Shown here: positions 56,221-64,000 of the stretch, one piece after another
Numbering within the stretch: position 1 is the stretch's first letter
Layout of the letters: every line of letters starts with the position of its first letter
Source: Christensenellales bacterium
GTDB taxonomy: Bacteria > Bacillota > Clostridia > Christensenellales > CAG-917
DNA: 64,000 bases
Direction of reading: 5' to 3'
Assembly: GCA_045130665.1 (NCBI GenBank)
Contig: JBGUQC010000004.1
Location: 434,283-498,282, forward strand
The notes under the pieces: generated by a model
Database searches by the model: none
The model's input: the letters and a program-made list of their open reading frames with translations, nothing else
What the model was told of the DNA's origin: nothing
Position numbers and translations under genes: made by a program

Positions 56221-56892
56221 ATGAGCGATTATAAAATTGTTGAAATTAAAGAAGATATCACATCAAGAAATAACCTTTTTGCTAAAGAAATCAAAAAAGA
56301 ACTTAAAGAAAGAAAAATCTTCTATATGAATGTTATGGCCTCACCTGGAAGTGGCAAAACTACTCTTATAACCAATTTAATTAATAGACTCAAAAAAGAT
56401 TATAGAATTGGAGTTATCGAAGCAGATATAGATTCAGATGTAGATGCAGACTCTATTGCTAAAAACACTGGTGTTAAAACAATACAAATGCATACAGGTG
56501 GCGCATGCCATACAACATGCCAAATGTCATATGAAGCATTGACTGCTTTAGGTATGGATGATTTAGATGTAATTATCCTCGAAAATATAGGTAATTTAGT
56601 ATGCCCTGCAGAGTTCGATACAGGTGCCACTTGTAACCTCGTTTTACTATCTGTTCCAGAGGGCGATGATAAGCCTTTAAAATACCCTTTAATGTTCCAA
56701 GTTGCAAACGCAGTTGCAATAACAAAAACAGATATATCTCATGTCTTTGATTTTGATGTTTCTAAAGCAGAAAAAAATGTCCATATGCGTAATCCAGAAA
56801 TCCCATTCTTCGTAACTTCTGCTACAGAGAATAAAGGAATAGATGAGTTAGAACAATATTTGCGCAGCGAGATCAACAAAGTTTTAGCATAA
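56221..56892 (+). CDS. hypB: HypB-like Ni-metallochaperone GTPase, paralog 1
   Basis: The start is set at ATG 56221 (GGAG 8 nt upstream). It has the P-loop SPGSGKTTL, EADIDSDVDA, TGGACH, ENIGNLVCPAEFD and TKTD. Confidence 0.75.
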   Translation: MSDYKIVEIKEDITSRNNLFAKEIKKELKERKIFYMNVMASPGSGKTTLITNLINRLKKDYRIGVIEADIDSDVDADSIAKNTGVKTIQMHTGGACHTTCQMSYEALTALGMDDLDVIILENIGNLVCPAEFDTGATCNLVLLSVPEGDDKPLKYPLMFQVANAVAITKTDISHVFDFDVSKAEKNVHMRNPEIPFFVTSATENKGIDELEQYLRSEINKVLA

Positions 56893-56930
56893 AAACTCAA
56901 GATATATTTAAATCTTTTTAATTAGTTATC

Positions 56931-56969
56931 AAACACTTTTGTACATTTTGTTCGGAAAGTGTTTTTTTG
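56931..56969 (+). terminator. terminator separating hypB paralog 1 from the downstream operon
   Basis: AAACACTTT-N16-AAAGTGTTT followed by a T-run. Confidence 0.65.
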
Positions 56970-57004
56970 TTGCCATTTTGGTCCATCTATTTTGTGTTTT
57001 AACA

Positions 57005-57034
57005 TTTACTCATCTTTAAATTATTTTGTATAAT
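57005..57034 (+). promoter_or_regulatory. promoter of the hypB2-flavoprotein-hypA operon
   Basis: TTTACT, an 18-nt spacer ending TG, then TATAAT. Confidence 0.4.
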
Positions 57035-57074
57035 AAAAGTTGATAGTAATAATTAATTATTTAGGTAATAATAT

Positions 57075-57746
57075 ATGGGCGTGCGCACAATCCTACTACA
57101 AAAAAGTGTATTTGAAGATAACGATAACCAAGCAAATATACTCCGTGAAAAATTAAAAAATAAAGGTGTATTTCTTGTTAACGTTATGTCCTCACCAGGA
57201 GCAGGAAAAACCACTACCCTAATAAACCTAATTAACCGCCTTTCTAAGACATATAGAATTGGTGTTATGGAAGCAGATATAGACTCAGATGTAGATGCTA
57301 TAAAAGTTGCTGAAAAAACCAATTCTAAATCTGTCCAACTTCATACAGATGGAATGTGCCATTTGGATGCAGCAATGACAGAACAAGGTCTAGATGAAAT
57401 AGGAATTGAGGACTTAGATATTGTCTTCCTAGAAAACGTTGGAAATTTAGTATGTCCAGCTGAGTATGATACAGGTGCAACAATGGATATGATGATTCTA
57501 TCTGTACCTGAGGGAGATGATAAACCACTTAAATACCCTCTCATATTCCAAAAGAGTTCATTGGTGGTTATAAACAAGATAGATGCTCTACCATATTTCA
57601 ATTTTGATGTTGAAAAATGTAAAAAGAGTATCTTAATGAGAAATAAGGATGCAACAATTATCCCTATCTCTGCAAAGACAAACGAGAATATGGATGAATT
57701 GGTAAAATATTTTGACAACAAAGTAAAAGAATATACAAACAAATAA
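57075..57746 (+). CDS. hypB: HypB-like Ni-metallochaperone GTPase, paralog 2
   Basis: 223 aa with the P-loop SPGAGKTTT, EADIDSDVDA, DGMCHLDA, ENVGNLVCPAEYD and NKID. Confidence 0.8.
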   Translation: MGVRTILLQKSVFEDNDNQANILREKLKNKGVFLVNVMSSPGAGKTTTLINLINRLSKTYRIGVMEADIDSDVDAIKVAEKTNSKSVQLHTDGMCHLDAAMTEQGLDEIGIEDLDIVFLENVGNLVCPAEYDTGATMDMMILSVPEGDDKPLKYPLIFQKSSLVVINKIDALPYFNFDVEKCKKSILMRNKDATIIPISAKTNENMDELVKYFDNKVKEYTNK

Positions 57747-57756
57747 GGAGACAACT

Positions 57757-60618
57757 ATGCCAAAACAAAACGACAAAATCATCCCAAAATACCAAGGCGA
57801 AGATCCATTAATGAAGGAATACGCCAAACTTGGTAGAAAGATCACAGACGTTGTTGTTCACAAAATCACAGGCGTAAAATCAGCCGATCCAGAATACTGG
57901 GGATTAAGAGAAGTTTTAACTCCAGATATGGTTAAGATTGGTAATCGTATGAAACTTCGTAAGCACTACACTATCGAAGATATGATTAAACTTAATCCAG
58001 ACTTTGAACCAGCTGAACTCCAAAAACTATTAGACGAAATGTCTGTAATTGGTATTTTGGAATACGACTATAGTGATTGTTATGACCACAACCACGAATT
58101 AAAAGATAAACCACATATCAAGAGATATCGTTTACCATTCTTCGTACCAGGCTCTGCTGAATTATTCAATTCATCAGTAGATCGTATTGAAAAACATCCA
58201 ACAGTTACAACATTCTTCGAAAGAATGACATTCATCCCACTTGCTGGAATTACACAAATGGTTCCTCCAGGAGGAGATGGAATTGGTATGCACGTTATAC
58301 CAGTTGAAAAAGAAGTTAATGCATGTAATGAATCAGTAGATCTTGAAAAGATCTCATACTGGCTCGAAAAATATGATGGACATATCGCAGCAGGTATCTG
58401 TTCATGCCGTGCATCACGTGCTGTATTAGGAGATGGATGTACAGACGATGTTAATGATTGGTGCGTACAATTAGGTGATATGGCAGATTACTGCGTAGAA
58501 ACAAATCGTGCACATTACATCACAAAGGAAAGAGCATTAGAAATCTTCCAACAAGCAGAAAAGAATGGTTATGTACACCAAATCACAAATATTGATGGTG
58601 AAAACAAGATCTTCGATATCTGTAACTGTAACGTTAAGATTTGTAATGCTTTAAGAACTTCAATGTTATTTAACACTCCATATCTTTCACGTTCATCCTT
58701 CACTGCTAACGTCACAAAAGAAAAGTGCGTAGCTTGTGGAAAGTGCGTAGAAATCTGTCCAGCAGGTGCTGTTAAGTTAGGACAAAAACTCTGTAAGAAA
58801 GATGGAACAGAAGTTAAGTATAAACATGCCCCACTTCCAGATAACAATATTTGGGGTGAATATGCATGGGATGAAGACTACAGAGATACAAAGAGAGCAA
58901 GCAACACATATCCAGAAGGATCTGCTCCATGTAAAGCTGCATGTCCAGCACACGTTCCAGTACAAGCATACCTCAAACTCGCAAGAGATGGTAAATATCT
59001 TGAATCATTAGCAATGATTAAGACAGAAAACCCATTCCCAGCAGTTTGCGGAAGAATTTGTAACAAGAAGTGCGAAGAAGCATGTACAAGAGGACAAATA
59101 GACCAACCAGTATCTATCGACGCAGTTAAGAAGTTCGTTGCAGAACTTGAATTAAAGGCAGAAACAAGATATGTACCAGAAGTTGTAAAACAATCCATGG
59201 ATCCAACTCCATATGATGAAAAGATTGCAATTATCGGTGCTGGTCCAGCTGGATTATCCGCTGCATATTATCTTGCAACAATGGGTTATAAACCAACAGT
59301 CTTTGAAAAGAATGCAAGACCAGGTGGTATGCTCGTTTATGGAATTCCAACATATAAACTTGAAAAAGATGTTATTGATGCAGAAATAGATGTTCTCAAA
59401 CAACTTGGTGTTGAAATTAAGTGCAATGTCAATGTAGGCGAAGATATCACAATTGCTCAACTCAAAGAACAAGGATATAAAGCATTCTATATTGCAATTG
59501 GTTGCCAAGGCGGCAAACGTCCAGGAGTTGCAAATGATACAGCAAAAGGAACTGACATTGCAGTTAACTACTTAAAGACAGCATTTGAAAAACGTGAAAA
59601 GTTCACAGGTGATGTTGTTGTAGTTGGTGGCGGTAACGTTGCAGTAGACTGTGCACGTAATGCACATAGATTAGGTGCAAAATCTGTTAAGATGATTTGC
59701 TTAGAATCAAAAGATGAAATGCCTGCTTCTAAAGAAGAAATCGCTGAAACTCTTGAAGAAGACATCGAAATCTGCAATTCATGGGGTCCAAAAGAAGTTA
59801 AGGTTAATGACAAGGGTGAAGTTACTGCAATCGTATTCAAGAAGTGCACAAGAACTATCGACCCAGAAACAAAAGCCTTCTCTCCTCTCTATGATGAAAG
59901 CGAAACAATTGAAGTACCAGCAGGAAAGATTATCTTTGCTATTGGTCAAGCAATTGAATGGGGTCACCTCTTAGATGGAACAAAAGTAGAATTCTGGCAT
60001 GGAAATTATCCAGTTGCAGATAAAGTATCTTATGCAACAGCAGAACCAGGACTCTTTGTTGGTGGTGACGTATACACAGGACCAAGATTTGTTATCAATG
60101 CTATCGCAGCTGGTCATGAAGTTGCAGAAAGCATTCATCGTTTCGTACGTCCAATGGCTCATCCAACAATTGGTAGAGATTTAAGACAATATACTCCATT
60201 AAATAAAGATGACTTAACATATCCAGAATATGACAAAGCTGGAAGACAAGAAGCTGGAATGAATAAAGCTATTGATCATAAGATGTCATATGAGGATGCA
60301 CACCTCACTCTCACAGAAGAACAAATCAAGATTGAAACAGCACGTTGCTTATCATGTGGTGCTTCATATGTTGATCCAAACAAGTGTATTGGTTGCGGAC
60401 TTTGTACAACAAAGTGTCAATTCGATGCAATTCACCTTGTAAGAGATCATCCAGAATGTACAGATATGAGAGTTGCTGAAAAGAAAGTTGGCGGATTACT
60501 TGGATATGCACCAAAACGTATGTTCAAGATTATCGGACACCGCTTCTCAGCAGAAGGTAAGGAATTAGCCAAGAAACGTAAAGCATTCAAGAAAGCTAAA
60601 AAAGCTAATAAAGAATAA
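57757..60618 (+). CDS. 953-aa multidomain Fe-S flavoprotein: unassigned Cys-rich N-module + ferredoxin motif + GltD/NfnB-like FAD/NAD(P)H oxidoreductase + C-terminal ferredoxin motif
   Basis: SD AAGGAG. Motifs are ICSCRASRAVLGDGC...WC, DICNCNVKIC, CVACGKCVEICPAG, CPAHVPVQ...NPFPAVCGRICNKKCEEACTRG, IAIIGAGPAGLSAAYYLA, VVVVGGGNVAVDCA and CIGCGLCTTKCQFDAI. Confidence 0.7.
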   Translation: MPKQNDKIIPKYQGEDPLMKEYAKLGRKITDVVVHKITGVKSADPEYWGLREVLTPDMVKIGNRMKLRKHYTIEDMIKLNPDFEPAELQKLLDEMSVIGILEYDYSDCYDHNHELKDKPHIKRYRLPFFVPGSAELFNSSVDRIEKHPTVTTFFERMTFIPLAGITQMVPPGGDGIGMHVIPVEKEVNACNESVDLEKISYWLEKYDGHIAAGICSCRASRAVLGDGCTDDVNDWCVQLGDMADYCVETNRAHYITKERALEIFQQAEKNGYVHQITNIDGENKIFDICNCNVKICNALRTSMLFNTPYLSRSSFTANVTKEKCVACGKCVEICPAGAVKLGQKLCKKDGTEVKYKHAPLPDNNIWGEYAWDEDYRDTKRASNTYPEGSAPCKAACPAHVPVQAYLKLARDGKYLESLAMIKTENPFPAVCGRICNKKCEEACTRGQIDQPVSIDAVKKFVAELELKAETRYVPEVVKQSMDPTPYDEKIAIIGAGPAGLSAAYYLATMGYKPTVFEKNARPGGMLVYGIPTYKLEKDVIDAEIDVLKQLGVEIKCNVNVGEDITIAQLKEQGYKAFYIAIGCQGGKRPGVANDTAKGTDIAVNYLKTAFEKREKFTGDVVVVGGGNVAVDCARNAHRLGAKSVKMICLESKDEMPASKEEIAETLEEDIEICNSWGPKEVKVNDKGEVTAIVFKKCTRTIDPETKAFSPLYDESETIEVPAGKIIFAIGQAIEWGHLLDGTKVEFWHGNYPVADKVSYATAEPGLFVGGDVYTGPRFVINAIAAGHEVAESIHRFVRPMAHPTIGRDLRQYTPLNKDDLTYPEYDKAGRQEAGMNKAIDHKMSYEDAHLTLTEEQIKIETARCLSCGASYVDPNKCIGCGLCTTKCQFDAIHLVRDHPECTDMRVAEKKVGGLLGYAPKRMFKIIGHRFSAEGKELAKKRKAFKKAKKANKE

Positions 60619-60962
60619 TGCACGAACTTGGAATCGTAATGAATGTTGTATCTCAAGTTGAAAAAGCAGCCAAAGAGAACAACGTTGAAAAAGTCGTAGG
60701 GCTAACTGTCGAGGTTGGCGAGGTTTCTGCAGTAGTACCAGAACTCTTTATAGATGCTTTTAATTGGGCAAAGAAAAGAACTGAATACTTAAAAGAAGCC
60801 GAGCTAAACCTAGTTATGTTACATGCTGTAACATATTGTCAAGACTGCAAGAAGACTTATTCTACAACAGAATTTGCGAAAGAGTGTCCTTATTGTCATA
60901 GTACTAATACATATTTAGTAACGGGTGACGAAATAAAGATTAAATCAATAGATGTCGTTTAA
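60618..60962 (+). CDS. hypA: HypA-like Ni-binding metallochaperone
   Basis: 114 aa with the N-terminal MHE nickel motif and the Zn site CQDC...CPYC. The ATG overlaps the upstream stop (TAATG). Confidence 0.8.
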   Translation: MHELGIVMNVVSQVEKAAKENNVEKVVGLTVEVGEVSAVVPELFIDAFNWAKKRTEYLKEAELNLVMLHAVTYCQDCKKTYSTTEFAKECPYCHSTNTYLVTGDEIKIKSIDVV

Positions 60963-60983
60963 AGCATAAAATAATAAAAATTT

Positions 60984-61010
60984 AGGCTGGCCTTTCGGTC
61001 AGCCTTTTAT
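60984..61010. terminator. strong bidirectional terminator after hypA
   Basis: AGGCTGGCC-tttc-GGTCAGCCT followed by TTTTATTTT, with an A-run upstream. Confidence 0.8.
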
Positions 61011-61011
61011 T

Positions 61012-61761
61012 TTAAAAATTTTCTTTCAGGTATTTCATGCTACCCTCTATACTCTTTATAGGCCTTGGTGCTATGTCTAATTCTATGACAGCATTTTCTG
61101 CTTTTATATCTTTAGATATATCAAGTATAGATTTAAAGTCTAAAATACCTTTTCCTAAAGATCTAAATACTGGTATTCCCAAAGTCTTTTTGTAATCCTT
61201 TAGGTGAACAGTCTTTACTCTTCCATCTAACTTCTTTAAATACTCTGTTGGTTCCTCACCTGCAAACTTCATCCAGAATGTATCTGGAATTATATTACAA
61301 TCTGTTTCATTCAATATTCTTTGGAGTGGTGTTATCCCACCAATATCTTGGAATTCAAACCAATGATTATGATATGCAAGAGTAATACCATATTTCTTTA
61401 ATTGATTAGATGTATTATTAAGTATAGAAATAAACTCATCTAACTTCGCAAAATTGTTGGCTTTAAATTCTCCAGGCATCATACCAATACCTATTTCATC
61501 ACAGCCATATTCTAAATGTTCTTTTGCAAGATTGTCTAAATCAGAAATTATTCTTGAAAAAGGAGAATGGGTACCACATATGGTGATTCCACTCTCCTTA
61601 ACTAGATTTGCCAAAAATGTTGAATTAATTGGTTTAGATTGTGTACTTGAAAGTTGCACAACCTCTACGCCCATATCTTTAAGAATATAAAATATTCTTT
61701 CATATCCTTTTTCATCTTTAAGATACTTTCTTAAAGAATATAACTGGACGCCATATTTCAT
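61012..61761 (-). CDS. sugar phosphate isomerase/epimerase (xylose-isomerase-like TIM barrel)
   Basis: 249 aa with the N-terminal YGVQLYSLR, followed by AYHNHWFEF and HLKD. Confidence 0.65.
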   Translation of the reverse strand: MKYGVQLYSLRKYLKDEKGYERIFYILKDMGVEVVQLSSTQSKPINSTFLANLVKESGITICGTHSPFSRIISDLDNLAKEHLEYGCDEIGIGMMPGEFKANNFAKLDEFISILNNTSNQLKKYGITLAYHNHWFEFQDIGGITPLQRILNETDCNIIPDTFWMKFAGEEPTEYLKKLDGRVKTVHLKDYKKTLGIPVFRSLGKGILDFKSILDISKDIKAENAVIELDIAPRPIKSIEGSMKYLKENF

Positions 61762-61764
61762 TGT

Positions 61765-63330
61765 TTATTCGTCCTTATTTTCGTCTTGAGGCGTTTCTTC
61801 TAATGTCTCGATAACTTCATCAACCTCTTCGATATCTTCTGTAGAAACTGAATCATCGGCTTGTTCTTCAATGATTACATCCCCATTCTCTGCTGCTTCT
61901 TCCTGAAGCTTTGCTTCTTTATCTATTTGTAATTGTGCAACTTTCTTCTTGGATAATGGATAAACCAATAATAAAATTATTGCCATTACACCAAACATAG
62001 CTGCTGGGATTACTGTAGACAAGATGAACATTAATCTTAATTGTCCGTCACTAAACTCGAATGTGCCAGAAGCTGCTGAATCATAATAGTTCATTGCAAG
62101 AAGTGTTGCGTTAACTGCAACTGCTGCAATAACTTGTCCTAATTTTCTAAAGAACATAAAGAATGAATATGCAGTACCATCATCTCTTGTTCCTGTTTTA
62201 ACTTCTATTTCATCTATGGAGTCTGCAGCCATAGCCCATACTTGGAGAACGAAGAAGTTCAAACCAATACCACTAATTAAGCAGAAGACCATAAAGATGT
62301 AAAGTGCTGCATCTCCCTTACCCATGAATAGTAAGAAGAACATTGCAAGGTTTGCAATAGCAGCAATAGCTATACCAATACCACTGACTTCTTTCTTACC
62401 AAACTTTCTAACAAGTTTTGGTGTGAAGAACATTAAAATCGCCATTGGGAAATATGTTAAAACTGTTGGAAGCATTGTCCAAATACCTGTCTTTCCGAAA
62501 TAATAGTTAATTAAGTAGGAATAGAAACTTTGGATGAACATTTGTCCAGCAAGAAGTAACATACTTGCAAGTGATACTGCAACCATAGACTTACTCTTGA
62601 ATAATCTCTTAAATGCCTTCATTGTTGCACCTTTTTCAGGTTTGTTAACAACTGCTGGCACTCTTTCTTTGTTTCCAGCAAAGGCAAGTAATAACATTGC
62701 AAGAGAACCTGCAGATAATACTGCAACACCAATAATGGTTCCAAGATATTCTACACCTTTTTCTTTGAATGTAAACATGGATATTAACATAACTGGCATT
62801 GAACCAATTGCAGCGCCTACACTTCTCCATATAGAAAGTTTTGATCTTTCTTTATCATCTAATGTTACAACGGATGCAAGTGAACCATATGGAATTTGAA
62901 TGACTGTATAACACATACCAAATAAAATATATGTTATTGCAGCATAAATAGATACACTTACTGAATTTGGTTCAGAACCAAATCCTGGCCATTGAATGAA
63001 CATTAAAACTGCTGAAATGGCAAGTGGAATACCACCATATAAGAACCATGGACGATATCTACCCCATTTAGATGGTTTAATAGTATCGCAAATTCTTCCC
63101 ATGATAGGATCGTTAATAGCATCCCATACACGTGCGGCAACGAACATTAACATAATGAATAATGGATGTAATCTAAATACGTCCGTGTAAAAACGTTGAA
63201 GTAATGTGGTTACCAAACCGAATGCTAAGCAACATCCTGTATCACCTAGAGCGTAAGATACATAGTCCTTACCCTTCAAGCCACTAAATTTAGCAATGTT
63301 ACTATGTTCTACATTTGTAATCTCGCTCAT
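61765..63330 (-). CDS. glycoside-pentoside-hexuronide (GPH/MFS) cation symporter with acidic C-terminal tail
   Basis: 521 aa with about 12 TM segments. It has the N-terminal YALGDTGC and DAINDPIMGRICD (GPH signature). The tail is EEQADDSVSTEDIEEVDEVIETLEETPQDENKDE. Confidence 0.75.
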   Translation of the reverse strand: MSEITNVEHSNIAKFSGLKGKDYVSYALGDTGCCLAFGLVTTLLQRFYTDVFRLHPLFIMLMFVAARVWDAINDPIMGRICDTIKPSKWGRYRPWFLYGGIPLAISAVLMFIQWPGFGSEPNSVSVSIYAAITYILFGMCYTVIQIPYGSLASVVTLDDKERSKLSIWRSVGAAIGSMPVMLISMFTFKEKGVEYLGTIIGVAVLSAGSLAMLLLAFAGNKERVPAVVNKPEKGATMKAFKRLFKSKSMVAVSLASMLLLAGQMFIQSFYSYLINYYFGKTGIWTMLPTVLTYFPMAILMFFTPKLVRKFGKKEVSGIGIAIAAIANLAMFFLLFMGKGDAALYIFMVFCLISGIGLNFFVLQVWAMAADSIDEIEVKTGTRDDGTAYSFFMFFRKLGQVIAAVAVNATLLAMNYYDSAASGTFEFSDGQLRLMFILSTVIPAAMFGVMAIILLLVYPLSKKKVAQLQIDKEAKLQEEAAENGDVIIEEQADDSVSTEDIEEVDEVIETLEETPQDENKDE

Positions 63331-63348
63331 AATTTATCTCCCTATTTG

Positions 63349-64000
63349 TTATTTTGCGCTATTTTTCTTTTCTTCTTCCTTTCTCTTTGCAAGTTCAGCT
63401 TCATATTCAGCTGGATCAAAAGGAATCTTAACTTCTTTGTTTGTCCATCCAGAAAGATGTATGGCATTAGAAAATGTTAAACCTATAATGCCTTCTTCAC
63501 CTGGAGCTATGAAATTTTTGGTTTTTCCAATAAGATAGTCTGTATAATTTTTGATTATTCCAATATGTTGTGGTGGATATTTCTTGAATTGAAGGTAATG
63601 ACATATCCCTCTGTACTTTATAGTTTTTGTCTTTGGTTTGCCCATAAATACAGTATTTTCTTCACTAAATTCAGGTTCCATCTCTAAATTCTTAGTAAAT
63701 GTGAGCTTTCCGCCTTCGATTACTATTTTTCCACCATCTCCAGTGATTTCTAATCTATTAGTACCTGGAGCATCATGTGTTGATGTAATAAATACTCCTG
63801 TTGCACCATTTTGGAACTTACAATATGCTGTAACATCATTTTCTACATTAATTGCTCTTCCAACTGTGGATGTTGTTGCCATTACCGACACTGGAAGACC
63901 AGCAAGCCATGTGAATAAGTCTAATTGGTGTGGACATTGATTAATTAAGACGCCTCCGCCTTCTCCCCACCATGTACCTCTCCATCCTCCTTGAGCATAA
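63349..64000 (-). CDS. Gfo/Idh/MocA-family oxidoreductase, C-terminal part (5' end outside window)
   Basis: The reading frame stays open past the track's GTG at 63891 to the window edge. It reads ...YAQGGWRGTWWGEGGGVLINQCPHQLDLFTWLAGLPVSVMATT..., typical of the family's C-terminal domain. Confidence 0.7.
   Translation of the reverse strand, partial: YAQGGWRGTWWGEGGGVLINQCPHQLDLFTWLAGLPVSVMATTSTVGRAINVENDVTAYCKFQNGATGVFITSTHDAPGTNRLEITGDGGKIVIEGGKLTFTKNLEMEPEFSEENTVFMGKPKTKTIKYRGICHYLQFKKYPPQHIGIIKNYTDYLIGKTKNFIAPGEEGIIGLTFSNAIHLSGWTNKEVKIPFDPAEYEAELAKRKEEEKKNSAK

Noticed and set aside
56221-60962. Reading the hypA/hypB genes as a classical [NiFe]-hydrogenase maturation locus
   Set aside because: There are no hydrogenase large or small subunit genes, hypCDEF or maturation protease anywhere in the window. 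The gene between hypB and hypA is a GltD-like Fe-S flavoprotein, not a hydrogenase subunit.

Overview
64-kb chromosomal segment of an AT-rich, low-GC Gram-positive-type genome. It has GGAGG-type ribosome-binding sites, A/T-ending codons and many lipobox lipoproteins; the Bacillota-like anaerobe assignment is inference only. There are about 55 protein genes at high density. Most are core metabolism or RNA/translation housekeeping: guaB-folD-glycerate kinase, der, RNase J, serC-serA, metF plus a split metH, efp, RNase Y and adenine deaminase. There are also two stand-alone tRNA-Ser genes (UGA and CGA anticodons) and one short cobalamin riboswitch. I saw no transposase, integrase, phage, CRISPR, toxin-antitoxin or recognisable defence genes. 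The non-ordinary parts are as follows. (1) 56.2-61.0 kb holds a hypB-like gene, then an operon of a hypB paralog, a 953-aa multidomain Fe-S flavoprotein and hypA. The operon is translationally coupled, and the window has no hydrogenase, urease or CODH gene. This is my top candidate for an undescribed system. (2) 0.25-10.0 kb holds an operon of two very large function-unknown lipoproteins (791 and 1615 aa) and a small membrane protein, next to a polytopic-membrane LuxR-type regulator. (3) A B12 riboswitch controls a DUF4430-like lipoprotein plus an ECF-S-like membrane protein, divergent from metF-metH. (4) A tightly packed 5-gene operon encodes a PLC-like lipoprotein, a histidine phosphatase, a GDPD, a DEDDh exonuclease and an alpha/beta hydrolase. 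(5) A peroxide-stress operon carries an OhrR-type operator on its -10 element. Several palindromes and one recurrent terminator-proximal motif are also reported. All functional calls rest on motif recognition by eye; no database search was possible.
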